Shown here piece by piece: positions 59,340-64,000 of a stretch of DNA of 64,000 nt. Both the position numbers and the translations under genes were made by a program. The DNA lies in the NCBI RefSeq assembly GCF_009914755.1, contig NC_060934.1; one strand, given 5' to 3'. This DNA is from the human T2T-CHM13v2.0 reference genome, Homo sapiens. The notes under the pieces are model-generated. The model ran no database searches. It was not told where the DNA came from and worked only from the letters and a program-made list of their open reading frames with translations. Numbering within the stretch: the stretch's first letter is position 1; each line of letters opens with the position of its first letter.

Positions 59340-60660
59340 TATGGGATTCACATCTTAATGACAGTGATTCCAGAACCTGACACCTGCACTGCTGCCTACA
59401 TGGGTGGACCCGGCACCTATGCACCAGGCCAGTGACAAAGCAAGGCTGTCACTGCCCCTGCACAGGAACAGCTTTTGCAGAGCCCTGATGACTCTGCTCA
59501 TCTACAACCAGGCACATAAATTTCACTTTGGTAACAAAATAGGCAAATTCACAAGAATCGGCACAGACTCGTGGGAGGGCTCCTGTACCACTTGCCTGCT
59601 TCTTAAACTTCTCTTTCAGTGGTATGAATTTCATGTGTCAGGGGTACCGTCTTACTTAAAGGAAAATTAAAGGGGCTGGGGAAGGGGAACTAGGCATAAT
59701 GTAACTGGGTGAATCCCACATAGAAAGCCTTCTCTGGATAGGATCTACACGGAAGACTTCCTTCCTAGTGTTGGCACCTGTTACTTACTTTCCTTCACCC
59801 TAATTGGCAGATAATAGCAGGATTTTCTTCTACAAGAACTCCACGAGATCTTAGAAGTGATTTCTTCCAATTTGATCCAAATCCATTTGCTTTTACAGAA
59901 TAGATGTCGATCCCCAAATTCGGAGTTCAAATTAGGACTTGCTCATTTCGGGCAGTTGATGGCTGGCTCCAGCCTAAATTATACTTTCTAAATCTATTCT
60001 GGGACTCAGCTGGGTTATGAAGCCCTGACCCATGATTACATCAAGCCATTGAAAAAAATTGAGGCAAAACAAAACAAAACAAAACAGGTTTTCCCTCTGC
60101 TAGATCTTAGGACACCTAAGACTTAGGGGTAGAGTGCTGGCTTTTGACATAGGTGACCAGTAGATGATACTGAAATTGGTCTTTCATCTTCTCTCTTGCC
60201 TTTTTTTTTGCATGGGTTGTGGAAGCTGGAAAAGACCTAAGGGACAATTGCAGCTCCATTTTTCTGACATAGTGGCTGAAGGGAGGGATATTTAAAAGAG
60301 GAACATGCTGTTTCTTTGGTGCTATAGGGAGAAAACTCACTCTTGGCCTTAGTTGTAATAATCTTCACCCCATGAGTCTCTACCATGGTCTCTAATTGCT
60401 CTCTGTGTCCAGGACTGACCTTAGGGTGAGTAAAAATTGTTCTAAGAGTTTCTCTCTTTTCCCATCTGCATTATTCATCACTTCCTCTGCTGTGTTCTTT
60501 TCTCTACCCCACTGTGCCTGTTTTTCTGGAACACTATATATTAAGGCACTGCTTCTCAAACTGTCTTCTCTGTTATATGCCCATGAGCATTAGGTTCAGG
60601 ATGTCTGAGGTGGAGACCAGGCATCTGATCCATGTACTGTACTTAGAAACACATGGCAAT

Positions 60661-60959
60661 TCTTTTCTTTTCTTTTTTTTTTTTTTTTTTGAGGTAATAT
60701 CTTATTCTGTCACCCAGGCTGGATTGCAGTGATGTAATCTTGGCTCACTGCAGCCTCGACCTCTTGGGTTCAAACAAGCCTTCCATCTCAGCCCCCAGAG
60801 TAGCTGGGACTACATGTGAGTGCCATCACACCCGGCTAATTTGTTTGTAGAGATGGGGTTTTGCCATGTTGCCCAGTTTGTTCTCAAAACTCCTGACCTC
60901 AAGTGATCTGCTCACCTCTACCTCCCAAAGTGCTGGGATTACAGCCACTAAGCCCGGCC
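60661..60959 (-). mobile_element. AluJ
   Basis: Alu body; TSD-like aacaca...gcaatt. Confidence 0.92.
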
Positions 60960-61019
60960 AACACAAAGCAATTTTGATGCATGCAATTTGTGCAATCTTT
61001 TATGACAATGCTGCAATAA

Positions 61020-62425
61020 GGTGATTTCTTAGTCCTTATCTCACTTGACTATCAGCAGCATTTGAAAATCCATCATGCCCTTCTGGGATCCTCTTTCTAC
61101 CTCACTGGCTGCTCTCTGCTCATCTCCAGTGCTGGTTCCACCACATGGAGCCCATCTCTAAGCTTTGGAGTGGCTTCAGGTCCAGTGTGCTGACAATTTT
61201 CTTTCCATCCACACACATTCCCCAGATGTTATCATATAGTCCTCTAGCTTTAAATGCCAATCTCCAGTGGTGTACTGGAGAATGTGTAACTCTTATCAAC
61301 TCTCTAGGGGAATAAAAGCCCTGCTTTGTAATGTTTGCCAATTTCCATGGTGTAAATTCCCTGCCATGGCCCATTTCAAACTGCTCATCTGTCATCACTG
61401 AATGTAGAGTTGAGAAGAAATCACATAATTGGCTCTGGAGAGCCTCTCAAGCCAGCTCCAGTGAACCCCTGATAGTGTCCACATCTTATCTCCAATACAG
61501 ACCTCTCACCCAAAGAGAAAACATATGTTTTTAACATCCTACTGTATATCTCCATTTGAATTTTTACTCATTATCTCAAGTTTAGCACATCACGAATAGA
61601 ACCCAGTCTCTCCTGCTCAGGCTGTCATCACTGACCAGCTCTTCCTGCAGTGGTTCCCATCTTGGTAAGCGTCAGCTGCAGTCTACAGCTGCTCAGGGGG
61701 CCGTTCTTGACTCCTGTCTTCCTTTCTCCCTCCACACCCAATCTGTCAGGAAATCCTGCCAGCTCTCCCTTCTAGATAAATTCAGAGTCCATTCACTTCT
61801 CACCACCTCCAGGGTATCCGCTGGCCTAAATCATCATCATCTGTCACTAAGATGATTGTACTAGTAACCTCATGCAACACCCTGATTCCAGCCTTCTTCT
61901 CTATCAACCTAGTAGCTAACGTCATCTTTCAGCCCCTGATCCCCTGATCTTTTTCAGTCTTACCCAGAGTAAAACCCAAAGGTCCTTCTCATGGCCTGCA
62001 CAGCCTGTGCCAGCTGGGCTCCTAACTCTTCTCTGACTCTTTAACCTCACTTCTGACCACCCCCATCTCACCCCTTCACTCTGCTCCAGCTACCTGCTTG
62101 CCATCCCTCAAGTACATCAAGCCCACTCCTGCCTCTGGCCTGTTGTACTTGCTGTGCCCTCTGTGTGGGATGTTCTTTCCCCACATGGCTGTGTGGCTTG
62201 CTCCCAACTCCCTCCCTGTCCTTCCTTGAGAGCCACATTATATAACCATGCTGCACGCTCCGTCTCCGCCTGCTCCTTACTCTGCTTTATTTCTCTTTAG
62301 AGAACTCATCACCACTTGACGTACTACCAATTCACGAAAGCGCAGACTTAGCTGTGTCTCTTGGGCCTAGAACACTGTCTGGCATGTAGTCGATGTTAAA
62401 TAAATATCTGTGAAATTAATAAATA
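61020..62425 (+). mobile_element. L2 3' portion, interrupted by MER63A
   Basis: L2 motifs cagcagcatttga, gctttaaatgcca, caaaggtcctt, ctagaacactgtctggcatgtagt..taaataaatat. Confidence 0.78.
61265..61471 (+). mobile_element. MER63A-like hAT MITE
   Basis: cagtggtgtactgg start; tttgccaatttccatggtgtaaat; gctccagtgaacccctg end. Confidence 0.78.
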
Positions 62426-62541
62426 AAATGTTAGGTCCTAGGTATTCCATTCCCAGGGATATCTGTATTCTGGGACTGATTCTGTGTGGTTGGACTAGGA
62501 CCGCATTTTCTAGCAATGATCAATATACTTCTAACCCTTAT

Positions 62542-62646
62542 TGGTTTTCCTCATTAATGTTCCAATAGAGTGATTGGAGAAATTGTGTCTGAATGATCCC
62601 TCCAATCCCTCCAATCACTCTATGGGAATGTTAATGAGGAAAGCCA
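62542..62646. repeat. 38-bp imperfect inverted repeat (hairpin)
   Basis: 62542-62579 versus reverse complement of 62609-62646: 34/38 identical. Confidence 0.95.
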
Positions 62647-63395
62647 GTCAGGCTTGGAAGCCTATAGCGTTTTTGAGAAAAGTTAGCAAGTAATGTAGGA
62701 AAATGATCAGAAGGATATTTCTGTACTATCTCAAAATATCCCCACAAGGGTTGTGATTGGGAAGAAAAGGGACTGCCCATGCACCCAAAGGTGTTAATTG
62801 TGTAGTAGGATTTTAGGAAGTTTTTCATGATCAAGTTCTCCACCAAGAAGAGCTAGCATCTTAAAATAAGTCACTGTTAGGACTGGTGATGACACGGATG
62901 TTCGTCTGCATACAAGCACAGGCACACTGCAACCCTGGCCCTTGAAGGACAATTCTGTTTTATTAAAGGCTTGAGTTTATAACCACAAAGGTATTCTTTT
63001 TGTTCAGGTAGTCAGCATTCACTCAATAAACACTTGTTTATCCTATCTTTATCCCAGGTATTGTTGTAGGCTCTGAGACCTAGTAGAAAAACTGACCAAG
63101 TCCTTTGAAGTATTAGTTATTGAGTGGCCAATAAGAGAAGACAAAAAAGAATTAAAAATCCGTAGATGTGGTTCATCCACTCCCAGATTAGAATAAAGAT
63201 CCATTGCACAGTTTCTTCTATATAGTTTTATGGATGTAGGATAGATAATATTATCCTCTGAGGCTCATTGATGAGTAAATACAAATAAAAGTGGATTGTT
63301 TTCAACTATGTGTTCAAAGAAAGTCTTATATTACACAGGTGGATAATATTCATTATGTTAGAGCAGTTTCTAAGAGATCTGTTTCAAAGCATTTA

Positions 63396-63731
<336 letters not shown>

Positions 63732-64000
63732 GAAAGCTATGTCCCCTTTCTCCTGAGAACACGATTGACTTTGTGTACATATTTGCAATATGGCAGATTG
63801 AAAGACACACAAAAGGGACTTTGTCCATGCACCAGTCAAGAAAAGAAGCATACAGGAGAAGCTAGATTGGGTGTTTTTGATCTTAAATAGCCTGGAAGGA
63901 AGTCATGCACAATTCTAGACTCTATGACTTCGGAAGGCCTCAGGTAACTATCCAGAGACTCTCCTCAATGTGCTGGACACTGCATAGGATGTGCCAGGAA

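Overview
Primate genomic DNA, almost certainly human or another ape: it carries AluY, AluS, AluJ, L1PA3, THE1 and MADE1 elements. It reads as intronic or intergenic. I recognise no protein-coding exon, RNA gene, strong CpG island or CRISPR/prokaryotic system, and I cannot name the locus. Most six-frame ORFs are Alu, L1, LTR or simple-repeat artefacts. A large part of the window is interspersed repeat: about 35 Alu/FLAM elements (many with readable target-site duplications, TSDs), L1/L2/MIR fragments, solo LTRs and DNA-transposon fossils. Subfamily calls are from remembered consensus motifs and need RepeatMasker/Dfam confirmation. The best unexplained signals are: (1) a perfect 24-bp-stem hairpin in unique DNA at 3195-3255; (2) a 38-bp-arm hairpin at 62542-62646; (3) a cluster of local duplications at 1.8-8.2 kb that look like template-switch products; (4) a minus-strand candidate exon at 43106-43439 holding a 107-codon ORF whose stop is followed directly by an ATG running into a consensus splice donor; (5) a ~2-kb hAT fossil with a still readable transposase C-terminus that hosts two Alus and a MADE1; (6) CTCF and AP-1/RUNX/ETS motif clusters. 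None of these is demonstrated to be a new biological system; they are testable candidates.
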